Program-made: the position numbers and the translations under genes
In this document: positions 1-10,223 of the stretch, one piece after another
How the letters are laid out: every line of letters begins with the position of its first letter
Position numbering within the stretch: the first letter of the stretch is position 1
Notes under the pieces: model-generated
Seen by the model: the letters and a program-made list of their open reading frames with translations, nothing else
Told to the model about the DNA's origin: nothing
The model's database searches: none
Assembly (NCBI GenBank): GCA_015492245.1
Contig: WGFM01000032.1
Location: 6,231 to 70,230 of the forward strand
DNA: 64,000 bases
From: Deltaproteobacteria bacterium
Lineage (GTDB): Bacteria > Desulfobacterota > GWC2-55-46 > DRQE01
Reading direction: 5' to 3'

Positions 1-1252
1 TGCCTGTAAGCCCTTTGTCACCAGGAAAGTTCACTATCCTGTTGCAGGTGGTTCTTCCAGTAAGCTCGGTTCTGTCGAGCTTGCTCTCTCCCTCTACAAG
101 AACCTTCATCCTTCTGCCTACAAGAAGCCTGTTCCTTCTGATGGTTATCTCCCTTTGTGTTGCCTGTAGCTCCTCGAGCCTTCTCTGTTTTACATCTTCA
201 GGTAGCTGGTCCGTGTAGGTAGCTGCCTCTGTTCCAGGTCGGGGTGAATACTTGAAAGAGAAGATGCTATCGAACCCAACGGTTCTTACCACTTCCATGG
301 TCTCACGGAAGTCCTCCTCTGTCTCTCCTGGAAAGCCCACTATCATGTCTGTGGATATGGACACGTCCCTATAAAGCCTTCTGAAAAGAGAGACCTTCTT
401 AAGATACTCCTTCACGGTGTATCTTCTTTTCATCCTCTCAAGCACCCTGTCAGAGCCTGCCTGTATGGGAAGGTGCATGCTTCTTGCAAGTTTCTCCTCT
501 TCGCCAAAAAGATATATGAGTTCTTCTGATATATCCTTTGGATGGGAGGTTAGAAAACGCACCCTTTCTATGCCATCTACTCTACAGACCATCCTCAAAA
601 GCTCTGGAAATGACACATCCCCGCAGTAGCTGTTGACATTCTGTCCCAGAAGGGTTACCTCCTTTATCCCCCTGTCAGCAAGCCTTCGTATATCCTCTAT
701 CACATCACGGTGGGGCCTGCTCACCTCCCTGCCCCTCACATATGGGACTATACAGTAGGTACAGTAGTTGTCGCATCCACGCATGCAGCTTACATATGCC
801 TTTACACCATCGACCTCAGGGGTGGGAAACTCCCCTGACTCGATGGAGCCATAGAGCTCTGTGGATACAACCTGTGTCTTCTCCTCTCTTACCCTCTTGA
901 GAAGCTCTGTGAGACGATGTATGTTGTGTGTGCCTACCACGATGTCCACATAGGGCATCCTCTTCAGAAGCTCGCCCCCTTTCTGCTGTGCCACGCACCC
1001 GCTTATACCTATGACGAGTTCAGGGTTGTTCCTCTTAAGCCTCTTGTATCTTCCTGCGGTGCTGTACACCTTCTGTTCCGCCTTGTCTCTTATGCTGCAG
1101 GTGTTAATCAGTATGAGGTCTGCCCTGTCGGGTGTATCGGTGGGTCTGTAGCGATGGTCCTTGAGGAACGCAAGCATCCGCTCGGTGTCATTCTCGTTCA
1201 TCTGACACCCGAATGTCTCTATGAATACATATCTCTCGCACCCTTCTCTCAT
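1..1252 (-). CDS. miaB: tRNA-2-methylthio-N6-dimethylallyladenosine synthase MiaB (radical SAM methylthiotransferase); C-terminus runs off left edge
   Basis: Own reverse-complement translation from ATG at 1250-1252: MREGCERYVFIETFGCQMNENDTERM... with CMRGCDNYCTYCIVP radical-SAM motif and UPF0004 N-domain FGCQMNE. No stop before position 1, so absent from the ORF track. Confidence 0.85.
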   Translation of the reverse strand, partial: MREGCERYVFIETFGCQMNENDTERMLAFLKDHRYRPTDTPDRADLILINTCSIRDKAEQKVYSTAGRYKRLKRNNPELVIGISGCVAQQKGGELLKRMPYVDIVVGTHNIHRLTELLKRVREEKTQVVSTELYGSIESGEFPTPEVDGVKAYVSCMRGCDNYCTYCIVPYVRGREVSRPHRDVIEDIRRLADRGIKEVTLLGQNVNSYCGDVSFPELLRMVCRVDGIERVRFLTSHPKDISEELIYLFGEEEKLARSMHLPIQAGSDRVLERMKRRYTVKEYLKKVSLFRRLYRDVSISTDMIVGFPGETEEDFRETMEVVRTVGFDSIFSFKYSPRPGTEAATYTDQLPEDVKQRRLEELQATQREITIRRNRLLVGRRMKVLVEGESKLDRTELTGRTTCNRIVNFPGDKGLTG

Positions 1253-1291
1253 AGATAATATTTTAAAGATTCAACCCCCCGAGCGTCAAGC

Positions 1292-1915
1292 TTATTTTAT
1301 ATGCTCAACTATCTCTTTTTTCGATGGTTTTACAACCCATGCCCCTGGTTTTTCGTATTTTTCAGAGAGCACCCTTGCCACCTTCTTCGCTTCCTCCTTC
1401 GAGCCATAGAAGCCAACCCTGACCCTGTGCCACTTTATACCATCCTTCAGGAACTCTGTGATGTAGGCGTTGTATCCTGCCTTAAGAAGCCGTGAGACAA
1501 GCCCCTCTGCCTCTTTCTCTGTCCTGAAGGATGCGAGATGCACCGCCCATCTGCCATCGGGCACAGGATGCGGCGGAGGGGAAAGCCTCTCTTTCTTCTT
1601 TGCCACGGGCTTCTGTGTGGCCACGGGCTTGCCCTTCTCTGCCACCTTCCTTTCGGCCTCTTTCGGTCTGCTCACCTTCTCCTCTCTTTTCGGTGCAGGC
1701 ACAGGCTTTGATGTAATCTTTGCAGGGGCCTCTGTGGCAGGCCTTACCTTTTCAGGTGCCACCACCCTTATGCGCTTTGTAATCTTTTCCTGCTCCATTC
1801 GGCCAGCCTCTTCACTGGAAAAAAGAAACCACAAGAGCACACCACCACCTACAAGGAGCAGTATAAGGATCATGTTGTAGGCCCTGTTACCTCCAGAAAC
1901 GGTCAAGAGTGCCAA
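1292..1915 (-). CDS. SPOR-domain (peptidoglycan-binding) membrane protein with Lys/Pro-rich linker
   Basis: N-terminal TM helix (ILILLLVGGGVLLWFLF), K/P/E-rich linker, C-terminal SPOR-like block WAVHLASFRTEKEAEGLVSRLLKAGYNAYI...WHRVRVGFY. True start may be the internal Met at 1873. Confidence 0.7.
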   Translation of the reverse strand: MALLTVSGGNRAYNMILILLLVGGGVLLWFLFSSEEAGRMEQEKITKRIRVVAPEKVRPATEAPAKITSKPVPAPKREEKVSRPKEAERKVAEKGKPVATQKPVAKKKERLSPPPHPVPDGRWAVHLASFRTEKEAEGLVSRLLKAGYNAYITEFLKDGIKWHRVRVGFYGSKEEAKKVARVLSEKYEKPGAWVVKPSKKEIVEHIK

Positions 1916-2026
1916 TTTGCACCTCCTTGATTGAATTGGTCTTCGATTTAATAAAGATTATACTATCATATTTTTATTGTCAAATAAAACCTTACAGCAT
2001 TAACCATGTCCCTGTTCCCATTCGGT

Positions 2027-2071
2027 CTCTACAAACAAAAGACCCCGGGCCCTACAGACAGGCCCGGGGTC
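2027..2071 (-). terminator. Rho-independent terminator downstream of aclA
   Basis: Perfect 11-bp GC-rich stem gaccccgggcc/ggcccggggtc (2041-2071), followed on the minus strand by UUUUGUUUGU. Confidence 0.6.
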
Positions 2072-2101
2072 TACACTGGGTGAAATTCTTTCAGACAGGT
2101 T

Positions 2102-4825
2102 TTACCGTATGAATGTGCACCGGCTTGCAGGGGTGCGGGTATCCATGTCTCTACCCCTGTTTATGTGGTCGTCTATCTCTGCTGCACAGCCTACCATCCT
2201 GCCAAAGAGGAAGGTGGTGAACGCTGCGTTCTCAACCTCTTTCTCGGTCATCCTGCCACTGGTGAAGGTGTTCCAGACCATCTTAAGGAGTATCACCGCT
2301 ATCACGGCATCCACATTCACACAGAACACATTCCTCGTAACCCTTGCCTCGAAGAGCGACTGCACAAGTGTTCTGTAGAAGTCAAGGAACACATTGTATA
2401 TACGGCGCTCCTTGAAGACCTCTTCGATGAAGCGCTCCCTTGGGTCGTAGTTTACCTGCTTACCCTTGAACACGGGATGTCCCACGCATGGTATCTTCTT
2501 GTACTCTATATTGCCTATGGCCTTCTGCTCTGTCTTGTACTGGCCATACCAGGTGGCATACTCGTCTGCTATCTTCTTAAGGTCCAGCCCGTGCTCGGCA
2601 CTGCCAGGGTCTTCAAGGCCCGTGTTACGGAACCTCTCTATGAGAAACTCTATGGCCTCGTAGCCATTGCCACCATGTGCAAACCCTGTGTGGGTCAGAA
2701 ACCCTGCAAAGGCCTTGTTTATCTGCACCCTGATGGGGTCTTCCGGCCCATCGGCACTTACGGCACCCTTGCTGCCCTGGGCAGATATGGTGCCAGGCCC
2801 GTTGGACACAATCAGTCCCAGAAGAAGCGAGAACTCGAAGAGCTCTTCCTCTGTGGGCCTTCTTCCAACAAGGGCAAGGAAGGCCGTCTCTGTAAAGGAC
2901 CACTCCCCAGTAAGCTCCGTATCCTTCACCCCACAGAAGGCATCCTCTGTGTGCCTCTCTGCCGGCACACTGCAGGCAATCATCTTGGAGAACAGAAGGG
3001 AATACCAGGGCAGTGTAACAAATGTAACCCTCGATATATCCTTCCTCAAAAGGGGCTTCCATGCAAGGGTTGCCCACACGGCCGCAAGAAGCGCAGCCCT
3101 GGAAGGCAGCCCCCTGGCCACATCCCTCACAAAATCGACAAACACAGAGCTTCTTCCCGCACCATCTACCTTGTCAACCATTGCCCTGAGCACCCTATCC
3201 TCTCCATCAGAGGCCCTGAAGAGCACCCTGTCATCATCACTCAAGCCATCTATTATCTCTTTGTAATCAAGTGGTTCTGCAGGGTCTTTAACAACAAGCT
3301 TGAAGTTGTCGAATATTATCTCCATTATACGCTGTGCATCTTTTACCCTGGCTCTACCCACTATGGATATGGCAGATGTGAGCACCGTATTCGGGGAATT
3401 TCCCTCTTTTCTTGCAGCATCTGCACAGAGGAGTTCTGGCAGGTTACAGGAGTTTACGAACCCGTTGAGCACAGTGTTTGCAAGCTCACGCTCGTAGCTA
3501 TCAGGGTAGTTCTTTATGACCGAGAGCACAAGGTTTTCCTCGAAGGAGTGTTTGCCAGCATCGAGTATGGAGACCCCGTGGAGTTTTGTTATCTGGGTAG
3601 TGGGGTCCATCATTGACGCACCACTTGCATCCTTCATGGACTGGCGCGGATACTGTGCGCCAACCTGTTTGAGTATCTCTTCTATCTGTTCCCCGTATGG
3701 AGAGATTGCCCTTACGGTCTGTATGTCCAGTTCCCTGGGAACCTGTATGCTCGCATTGTTTGCAAACCAGCATTTGAGGGAAAGGTCTCCTCTTGGCTCG
3801 AAGTCGGGCTCTATGCCGTTCAATTCCATAACCTTTGTGAGTGCCTCTGGTATGTGTGCTATGTTTGTAACCACCGCACCCTTCTTCGAGAAGACGGGGT
3901 TCTCCGGTGTATAGATGTCATCCACCCCGAAGTAATCCATGAACCAGCGCTCCTTTGCCCTGGCATCGTCGCCACTGCCGGCAAGGCTTCCGGCGTGCCC
4001 ACATGCCTTCGTGAGCCTTGCCTTCCATCTGCCAACAACACATGCAACGGTGGGCCTGGTTATGTTGAGGTCCTTTTCGTAGTATCCACCTGGCTCCACA
4101 TATATGACGGCACACTTGCTCCTCGGGTCATTGGAGAGGGCATGGAAGAACTCACGGGGTGCAAAGTGTATGTACACATCCTTTCCGCTCGATATGGATG
4201 TGGTAGTGCCCCATCCCTTTGTAAGGAGGTATACAGCAATTGTGGTAGTGAAGTTACCAGAATTTGAGTATATGGCTACAGAGCCCTTCACCAGGGACTC
4301 CTCGGGTCTGCTTCCGCCGAGGGCTCCACCGATTCTCACCCTGTTCCACGAGTCTGCCACACCCAGGCAGTTTCCACCGAACACATCCACCCCGTTTGTC
4401 TGGCAGATGGCCCTTATTATACGGGCATCGTGGATGGGAATCTTCTCTGTTATTATGATTATCTTCTTAAGCTCCGGGTTGAACTTTACCACCTCTGCCA
4501 CTCCGTCCTTGACGCCTGCTGGTGGCAGGTAGACCACTGCGGTGGTAAACCGGTGGCCTGCATCCAGCCCTTCCTTTACAGAGTTGTACACCGGTATATC
4601 ACCTGTGGGGGTCTCCAGCACCTGCCCGCTTCTACCAGGACTTGTGCCGAAGACCACATTCCCACCGCTGAAGGCATGGCTTACAGGGGTTACGGTGCGG
4701 CTCTCTGTGCCAAGGATGTTCAGCACACAGACCCTGTCCTCTTTTGTTGCCACCTCTTCAAGAGAATCTATACCAACATAGTAGGGAAAGTTCTTTACAC
4801 CTTCTTTATGCATCGTATGGTTCAC
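2102..4825 (-). CDS. aclA: ATP-citrate lyase large (alpha) subunit, unusually long form (907 aa): CoA-binding/phosphohistidine domain + citryl-CoA lyase (citrate-synthase-like) domain
   Basis: SucD-like N-terminus. Phosphohistidine loop CGHAGSLAGSGDDARAKE. C-terminal citrate-synthase-like motif PCVGHPVFKGKQVNYDPRE. About 300 aa longer than canonical bacterial AclA. Confidence 0.8.
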   Translation of the reverse strand: MNHTMHKEGVKNFPYYVGIDSLEEVATKEDRVCVLNILGTESRTVTPVSHAFSGGNVVFGTSPGRSGQVLETPTGDIPVYNSVKEGLDAGHRFTTAVVYLPPAGVKDGVAEVVKFNPELKKIIIITEKIPIHDARIIRAICQTNGVDVFGGNCLGVADSWNRVRIGGALGGSRPEESLVKGSVAIYSNSGNFTTTIAVYLLTKGWGTTTSISSGKDVYIHFAPREFFHALSNDPRSKCAVIYVEPGGYYEKDLNITRPTVACVVGRWKARLTKACGHAGSLAGSGDDARAKERWFMDYFGVDDIYTPENPVFSKKGAVVTNIAHIPEALTKVMELNGIEPDFEPRGDLSLKCWFANNASIQVPRELDIQTVRAISPYGEQIEEILKQVGAQYPRQSMKDASGASMMDPTTQITKLHGVSILDAGKHSFEENLVLSVIKNYPDSYERELANTVLNGFVNSCNLPELLCADAARKEGNSPNTVLTSAISIVGRARVKDAQRIMEIIFDNFKLVVKDPAEPLDYKEIIDGLSDDDRVLFRASDGEDRVLRAMVDKVDGAGRSSVFVDFVRDVARGLPSRAALLAAVWATLAWKPLLRKDISRVTFVTLPWYSLLFSKMIACSVPAERHTEDAFCGVKDTELTGEWSFTETAFLALVGRRPTEEELFEFSLLLGLIVSNGPGTISAQGSKGAVSADGPEDPIRVQINKAFAGFLTHTGFAHGGNGYEAIEFLIERFRNTGLEDPGSAEHGLDLKKIADEYATWYGQYKTEQKAIGNIEYKKIPCVGHPVFKGKQVNYDPRERFIEEVFKERRIYNVFLDFYRTLVQSLFEARVTRNVFCVNVDAVIAVILLKMVWNTFTSGRMTEKEVENAAFTTFLFGRMVGCAAEIDDHINRGRDMDTRTPASRCTFIR

Positions 4826-4846
4826 CTCTCGGTAGTTTTTGTGGTT

Positions 4847-6151
4847 TCAAACTGTTGCCTGTGCGGGTTCCTCCCGTTTGCCCAGGAGTTTCTCCTCTAT
4901 GAGCCTTCTACCGCCCTGGCGCATCCACTCGTCCACCGTCAGGGCGTAGTTCACCACCTCGCTCATTGCGCTGTCGTGCCCGAACATACGATATGGAAGC
5001 TTGAGCCTGTCCAGTGTGTCCTTCATGTATGCCATGCCCTTAACAAGGTTTGGCCCGCCTCTGCCTATGACCACAAAGAGCGGTGTGGGGCCATTGTCCT
5101 GGAAGTACTCGCGCAGGGCATCTGCCATGGCACGGAAGGTCTGGTATATATCTGTATTGTTGGCCTTCCCACCTATTATGAAGAGCACATTGCTCTGTTT
5201 GAGCCAGTACTTGAAGACAATCCTTGAAATCTGCAACATCTTCTCATAGGGTGGGTTTCCACCGAAGTCGGAAGATATTGTGGCTCTCTCGCCAAGAAGC
5301 TCTGTAACGAGGGCGTTGGCACCCCCGCCGAAGGTTGGTGCGGTTATGGTGCCATGGGGGTTTATGACGAACACATCGCTCTGGCCCTGATAGGTGCGAA
5401 GCTGGTTTATCTCCTGCTCGAACTCCGAGTAGTCCGAGGCGAAAAGATGCGGTGGAAGCTCCAGCCTCTTCCATGCAGGGTCATCGATGTCGAATGTTGC
5501 CTTGAAATCACATGCGACTGGCACAAGGCGGCCTGCCGCATTCGGCATCATCCTTATGGGGTTGAGCTCTATGAGGCTGAACCCGTAGTTGTTGTAAAGG
5601 GTCCACAGCTTCGGCAGGTTCTGCACGAGGGGGCTTATAATCTCCTTTGGTGCCTTGAGCTCTTCCAGGGCGTTGGCTATGTGGTAGCTCTTAAGCCCTG
5701 TAAGTGGGTCGAAAGGCACCACCCTGAGCTTGTCCTTTGGCACCTCCTCTATGTCCACACCACCCTCGTGTGTTATGGTTATGGTGGGTGCCCTGTAGAC
5801 AGTGGACTCACTTATGGAGAAGTATACCTCATGCTTTGCCGGCACAAAACCCTCGAAGGTTACACCATCTGCCTTTGCCGTGATGTTACCAGCCGAGTGC
5901 TCAACAAAGTAGAGCCTTTCCTTGTGTCTGAGCGCCTCTTCTATGTTCTTTGCCCTGCCTATAAGGCCGGATTTGCCCTTCTTACCAACTCCACCTTTGA
6001 AGACGGGCTTTACGAATATCTCCCCATGTCTCTTTATAAGCTCCTTTATCTCGTCCACACTTGACTCTGGCCCAAGCACATCGGCCACAGGAAACTCCAC
6101 CTTCTTAAGAAGCTTTCCTCCCCATAAAAGGCCTGTTAACTGCATCGACAC
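4847..6151 (-). CDS. aclB: ATP-citrate lyase small (beta) subunit, ATP-grasp succinyl-CoA-synthetase-beta-like
   Basis: 434-aa ATP-grasp SucC-like protein immediately upstream and co-oriented with aclA, with a 21-nt gap. RBS GGAGGTG lies before the ATG at 6151. Confidence 0.75.
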   Translation of the reverse strand: MSMQLTGLLWGGKLLKKVEFPVADVLGPESSVDEIKELIKRHGEIFVKPVFKGGVGKKGKSGLIGRAKNIEEALRHKERLYFVEHSAGNITAKADGVTFEGFVPAKHEVYFSISESTVYRAPTITITHEGGVDIEEVPKDKLRVVPFDPLTGLKSYHIANALEELKAPKEIISPLVQNLPKLWTLYNNYGFSLIELNPIRMMPNAAGRLVPVACDFKATFDIDDPAWKRLELPPHLFASDYSEFEQEINQLRTYQGQSDVFVINPHGTITAPTFGGGANALVTELLGERATISSDFGGNPPYEKMLQISRIVFKYWLKQSNVLFIIGGKANNTDIYQTFRAMADALREYFQDNGPTPLFVVIGRGGPNLVKGMAYMKDTLDRLKLPYRMFGHDSAMSEVVNYALTVDEWMRQGGRRLIEEKLLGKREEPAQATV

Positions 6152-6284
6152 CTCCAGAATTTCCCCCTGTCTTCAAGGGATTTTAAGGTTTTGTATGGAA
6201 CTCATCGAGTGTTCTCTCACAACCCTGTCTGCATATATCCTGCCCTGAAAGGGTAGCTCCCCCATCTCTTCTTTGAGTCTTTAC

Positions 6285-8525
6285 TCATGTTATCACGGTA
6301 GCCGACTCGAGTATCCTGTTGAAGGTCTCGCTTGGACGCATTGCCTTCGAGGTCTTTTCTGGATCAGGTTGATAGTATCCTCCAAGGTCCTTCGGGCTTC
6401 CCTGTGTGGAGTCTATCTCCTCGAGTATCTTTTCCTCCTTTTCAGCAAGCTCTCGGGCTATCCTCGTGAACCGCTCCTTGAGTTCAGGGTCCTCCTCCTG
6501 TTCTGCCAGTGCCTCTGCCCAGTACAGTGCAAGGTAGAAGTGGCTCCCCCTGGTATCCAGCTCACCGCACTTTCTTGAAGGGGATCTGTTGTTATCGAGG
6601 AACTTTGCGTTTGCCCTGCTGAGAGTCTCTGAAAGAACCCTTGCCTTCATGTTGCCCATTACATTGCTCAGGTGTTCCAGTGATTCCGCCAGTGCCAGAA
6701 ACTCTCCGAGGGAATCCCACCTCAGATGTCCCTCCTCTACGAACTGCTGGACATGCTTTGGTGCAGAACCACCGGCACCTGTCTCGAAGAGCGCGCCACC
6801 ATTTATCAATGGCACGATGGAGAGCATCCTTGCACTGGTGCCGACTTCAAGTATGGGAAAGAGGTCAGTAATGTAATCACGCAGCACATTACCTGTAACC
6901 GATATGGTGTCCTTGCCCTCTCTCATCCTCTCTACAGAAAATCTCGTTGCCTCTGCAACGGACATGATACGAATATCAAGGCCCGTGGTGTCGTGTTCCT
7001 TCAGATACTCTTCGACCTTCTTCAAGAGTTCTATGTGGTGGGGCCTGTCCTCATCGAGCCAGAACACTGCAGGTGCGCCTGTGGCCCTTGCGCGTGTTAC
7101 AGCCAGTTTCACCCAGTCCCGTATGGCCAGGTCCTTCACGGTACATGCACGCCATATATCGCCCTCTTCGACCTCGTTCTCGAGTATGGTCCTTCCAGAG
7201 GAATCGACAAGCCGTATGGTTCCCTTTCCAGGGGACTGAAATGTCTTGTCATGTGAACCATATTCTTCTGCCTTCTTTGCCATGAGCCCCACATTGGAGA
7301 CACTCCCCATGGTTCTGGGATCAAAGGCACCGTATTTTTTGCAGTTGTCTATGGTCTCCTGATAGAGGCTTGCATAACTGTGATCTGGAATCACTGCCTT
7401 TGTATCATGGGGGCTGCCATCAGGACCCCACATCTTGCCACCATCACGAATCATTGGTGGCATGGATGCATCTATTATCACATTACTCGGCACATGGAGG
7501 TTAGTAATCCCCCTGGTAGAGTCCACCATGGCAAGTTCAGGACCCCTCCTGTAGACCCCCTCTATGTCAGCCTCGATTTCCTTTCTCTTCTCCTCTGGAA
7601 GGCTCTGTATCTTTGCATACAGTTCCCCGATACCGTTGTTGAGGTCAACCCCGAGTTCTTCTATCAGGTCGGCATGTTTCTCGATAACGTCCCTGTAATA
7701 CATCCTGACGCAATGACCAAAGATTATCGGATCAGAGACCTTCATCATCGTAGCCTTCAGGTGAAGGGAAAAGAGTATACCCATATCCCTCGTTTCATCT
7801 ATCTGTTCAGCCAGGAACTCCAGGAGGGCCTTCTTGCTCATAAATGTGGTATCAACTATCTCGCCGGCCTCCAGCAAGAGTTTCTCCTTCAGAACCGTTA
7901 CATTACCATTCTCATCGACGAACTCTATCCTTGCCTCTGTTGCCTCTGGTATGGTGGTTGATCTTTCGTTGGAACGAAAATCACCATCGCTCATCGTGGC
8001 AACATGTGTCTTCGAGTCGGCCTTCCATTCACCCATCTTGTGTGGGTTCTTCCTTACATACTGTTTGACAGCCTCTGCCACCCTGCGGTCAGAGTTTCCC
8101 TCCCTGAGGACCGGGTTTACGGCACTACCAAGAACCTTTGCATACCTTGCCTTAATCTCCCTCTCCTTGTCATCTTTTGGTTCCTCAGGGTAATCGGGCA
8201 CATTATAGCCCTGTTCCTGCAACTCTTTTATTGCTGCCTTGAGCTGGGGAACAGATGCACTGATGTTCGGCAGCTTGATGATATTTGCCTCGGGCTTCTT
8301 TACAAGTCTGCCAAGTTCAGCCAGATCATCGGGTATCCGCTGGTCCTCCCTCAGATACTCCGGAAAGGTTGCGATGACCCTGCCCGCAAGGGATATGTCT
8401 TTCAACTCTATCTCGATACCGCAACCATGTGTGAAACTCTTTATAATCGGCAACAGGGAATAAGTTGCCAGTGCAGGTGCCTCATCGGTCCTGGTCCAGA
8501 CAATCTTTGATACCTGTGATGTCAT
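6285..8525 (-). CDS. icd: Monomeric NADP-dependent isocitrate dehydrogenase (about 740-aa type)
   Basis: 746 aa. Collinear match to monomeric IDH (Azotobacter/Corynebacterium type): [57 protein letters not shown]...[30 protein letters not shown]. Confidence 0.92.
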   Translation of the reverse strand: MTSQVSKIVWTRTDEAPALATYSLLPIIKSFTHGCGIEIELKDISLAGRVIATFPEYLREDQRIPDDLAELGRLVKKPEANIIKLPNISASVPQLKAAIKELQEQGYNVPDYPEEPKDDKEREIKARYAKVLGSAVNPVLREGNSDRRVAEAVKQYVRKNPHKMGEWKADSKTHVATMSDGDFRSNERSTTIPEATEARIEFVDENGNVTVLKEKLLLEAGEIVDTTFMSKKALLEFLAEQIDETRDMGILFSLHLKATMMKVSDPIIFGHCVRMYYRDVIEKHADLIEELGVDLNNGIGELYAKIQSLPEEKRKEIEADIEGVYRRGPELAMVDSTRGITNLHVPSNVIIDASMPPMIRDGGKMWGPDGSPHDTKAVIPDHSYASLYQETIDNCKKYGAFDPRTMGSVSNVGLMAKKAEEYGSHDKTFQSPGKGTIRLVDSSGRTILENEVEEGDIWRACTVKDLAIRDWVKLAVTRARATGAPAVFWLDEDRPHHIELLKKVEEYLKEHDTTGLDIRIMSVAEATRFSVERMREGKDTISVTGNVLRDYITDLFPILEVGTSARMLSIVPLINGGALFETGAGGSAPKHVQQFVEEGHLRWDSLGEFLALAESLEHLSNVMGNMKARVLSETLSRANAKFLDNNRSPSRKCGELDTRGSHFYLALYWAEALAEQEEDPELKERFTRIARELAEKEEKILEEIDSTQGSPKDLGGYYQPDPEKTSKAMRPSETFNRILESATVIT

Positions 8526-8551
8526 GATTTACCTCCTTTAAAGAATCTCTC

Positions 8552-8579
8552 GAGTTTATCGTTGCATGCCTGTTAGACA
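8552..8579 (-). promoter_or_regulatory. Putative sigma70-type promoter for icd (TTGTCT-N16-TAAACT)
   Basis: Minus strand reads ttgtct-aacaggcatgcaacga-taaact, then aaggagg RBS 7 nt before the icd ATG at 8525. Confidence 0.3.
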
Positions 8580-8584
8580 AAAAT

Positions 8585-8612
8585 GTCAGTCTCTAACTGG
8601 GTAGAGACTGAC
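8585..8612 (-). terminator. Hairpin / probable intrinsic terminator between GH63 gene and icd
   Basis: 11-bp perfect stem gtcagtctcta/tagagactgac with 5-nt loop, followed on the minus strand by AUUUUUUG. Confidence 0.4.
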
Positions 8613-8767
8613 AAATATTCAACAAAACTCACCTTACGAACGAGCTATCCAGATTGTCGGTGGTAAATATATAGCACTATCTTTATTCCCTGTCAAGTTT
8701 TTTATCTTTTGGTTCATACCCTCATGCAACGCAGAGCCAGGCGTTCCACATTGGAGCAAAGGGCTCT

Positions 8768-10090
8768 TCAATCACAGCAGACGGCGGCTATGGTTAGTGC
8801 CGCAGTCCAGGAGAAACCGTCTATCCCGCAGCCCTTCTTCTTGATGGGGTCGAAGTATTCATGGAATCCGTATCTTTTTATGAGTTCCAGCATGGATTCC
8901 TTTATTTCAAGGGCCTTGTGTGTATAGCCATATTTTTTAAGCCCCTCGTATACAATCCAGTTCATGTTTGCCCATACAGGGCCCATCCAGTATCTATCGG
9001 AGCTGAAGTCTTCCTCGCATCTTGGATAACTTGGCACGGCACTGTTTGTCTCTTCCATACCACACTGGCAGACCCTGTCTATATACCGGTAGAGCCTTTC
9101 GGCCTGTTCATGGGCAGGCACCCCTGCAAAAAGTGGAGAGAACGATGCAGCAGTGGGTTTTCTTATCTGTGAGCTCGTCCTCAGATTGTAGCTATAATAC
9201 ATTCCTGCCTCTTCGTTCCAGAGCACCTTCTCGATGGCCTTTCTGGTGGAGGCCAGGTATTCCTTTGGTTCCAGGGTGTCCTGTCCTACAATCCTTCCTA
9301 TCTCTATGAGGCATTCGTTGGCCCTGCACAGAAGAGAGTTGAACAGCACATCGTAGACCAGAAAAGGCGAGTCCTTCACCATCTGGTGTTGCTGGTAGCC
9401 GTATTCTTTGAATAGTTCAACGAGATATACATATCTTTTGTAGAGTTCATCCTCTGGCCTCTCATCTGGTGGCACATTGATTATGTCTTTTCTTCTGTAA
9501 GTAGTGGCATAGCCCTGTGGTATGGGGATGCCCCTGAGCATATCACGCCATGCAGGCGAGTCATCCTGGCCCGATTCCCAGGGGTGCACCATTGCAATGA
9601 GTCCGTCTCTGTGGGGGTCTCTTTCCCGGTAGAGGAAGCGATGAAAATCAAGAAGCCTGGGATAGATGTAGCCGAGAAACCTCTTGGCCTCCTCCATATC
9701 CACGGCGTTGTTGTAAAAGTAGAGTGCGCCGATGGTGAGAAGTGGTGGCTGTATTATGCATGAGGTGTCCACACCCCTTGGGGCATATACTGGTAGGGGG
9801 CGCCAGAAGGATGCATTGGGAAAATACTCACTGTAGGCAGGGTTGTATCTTATGTGCGGCACCATGCCATCTGCCCATTGTGCCTTAAGGAGAGAGACCA
9901 GCTCTCTTTTTGCCCTCTCCTCGTCGAAGTATGAATAGCCTATGGCGATGAAACCAGAGTCCCAGCTCCACTGGTGAGGATACTGCTTTACAGAGGGGGC
10001 GGTGTAATTGCCCTGCCAGTTCCTGTCAAGCACCTCTCTTGCCCTTCTTATAAGGGTTATGAGCTTTTTCTCCTCTTTTCTATCATACAT
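8768..10090 (-). CDS. Glycoside hydrolase family 63-like (mannosylglycerate/glucosylglycerate hydrolase-type, six-hairpin glycosidase)
   Basis: 440 aa. Resembles bacterial GH63 compatible-solute hydrolases (QWSWDSGFIAIGY, WPHIRYNP, MVHPWESGQDDSPAW, WMGPVWANMNW). Confidence 0.6.
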   Translation of the reverse strand: MYDRKEEKKLITLIRRAREVLDRNWQGNYTAPSVKQYPHQWSWDSGFIAIGYSYFDEERAKRELVSLLKAQWADGMVPHIRYNPAYSEYFPNASFWRPLPVYAPRGVDTSCIIQPPLLTIGALYFYNNAVDMEEAKRFLGYIYPRLLDFHRFLYRERDPHRDGLIAMVHPWESGQDDSPAWRDMLRGIPIPQGYATTYRRKDIINVPPDERPEDELYKRYVYLVELFKEYGYQQHQMVKDSPFLVYDVLFNSLLCRANECLIEIGRIVGQDTLEPKEYLASTRKAIEKVLWNEEAGMYYSYNLRTSSQIRKPTAASFSPLFAGVPAHEQAERLYRYIDRVCQCGMEETNSAVPSYPRCEEDFSSDRYWMGPVWANMNWIVYEGLKKYGYTHKALEIKESMLELIKRYGFHEYFDPIKKKGCGIDGFSWTAALTIAAVCCD

Positions 10091-10223
10091 CGTTGCATCC
10101 CCTTCAGTTGCCTGTTAGATACTATTGCCCCAACCCCGTTGTTGAGCCCACACCAGAACGATGGCAAAGGTCCGTCCTGTAGTCCTTACCCTGGCAGCAA
10201 GGTTATATCTACACCCTACCAGA

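Noticed and set aside
2165-3616. 483-aa plus-strand ORF, plus several others at 2109-4781.
   Set aside because: They lie antisense to aclA, which has clear domain content. They are low-complexity or Cys/His-biased shadow frames without an RBS.
6152-6284. Looked for a promoter or riboswitch in the icd-aclB intergenic region.
   Set aside because: Only a good RBS (GGAGGTG) is present, with no convincing -35/-10 pair or structured element. icd-aclB-aclA may be co-transcribed.
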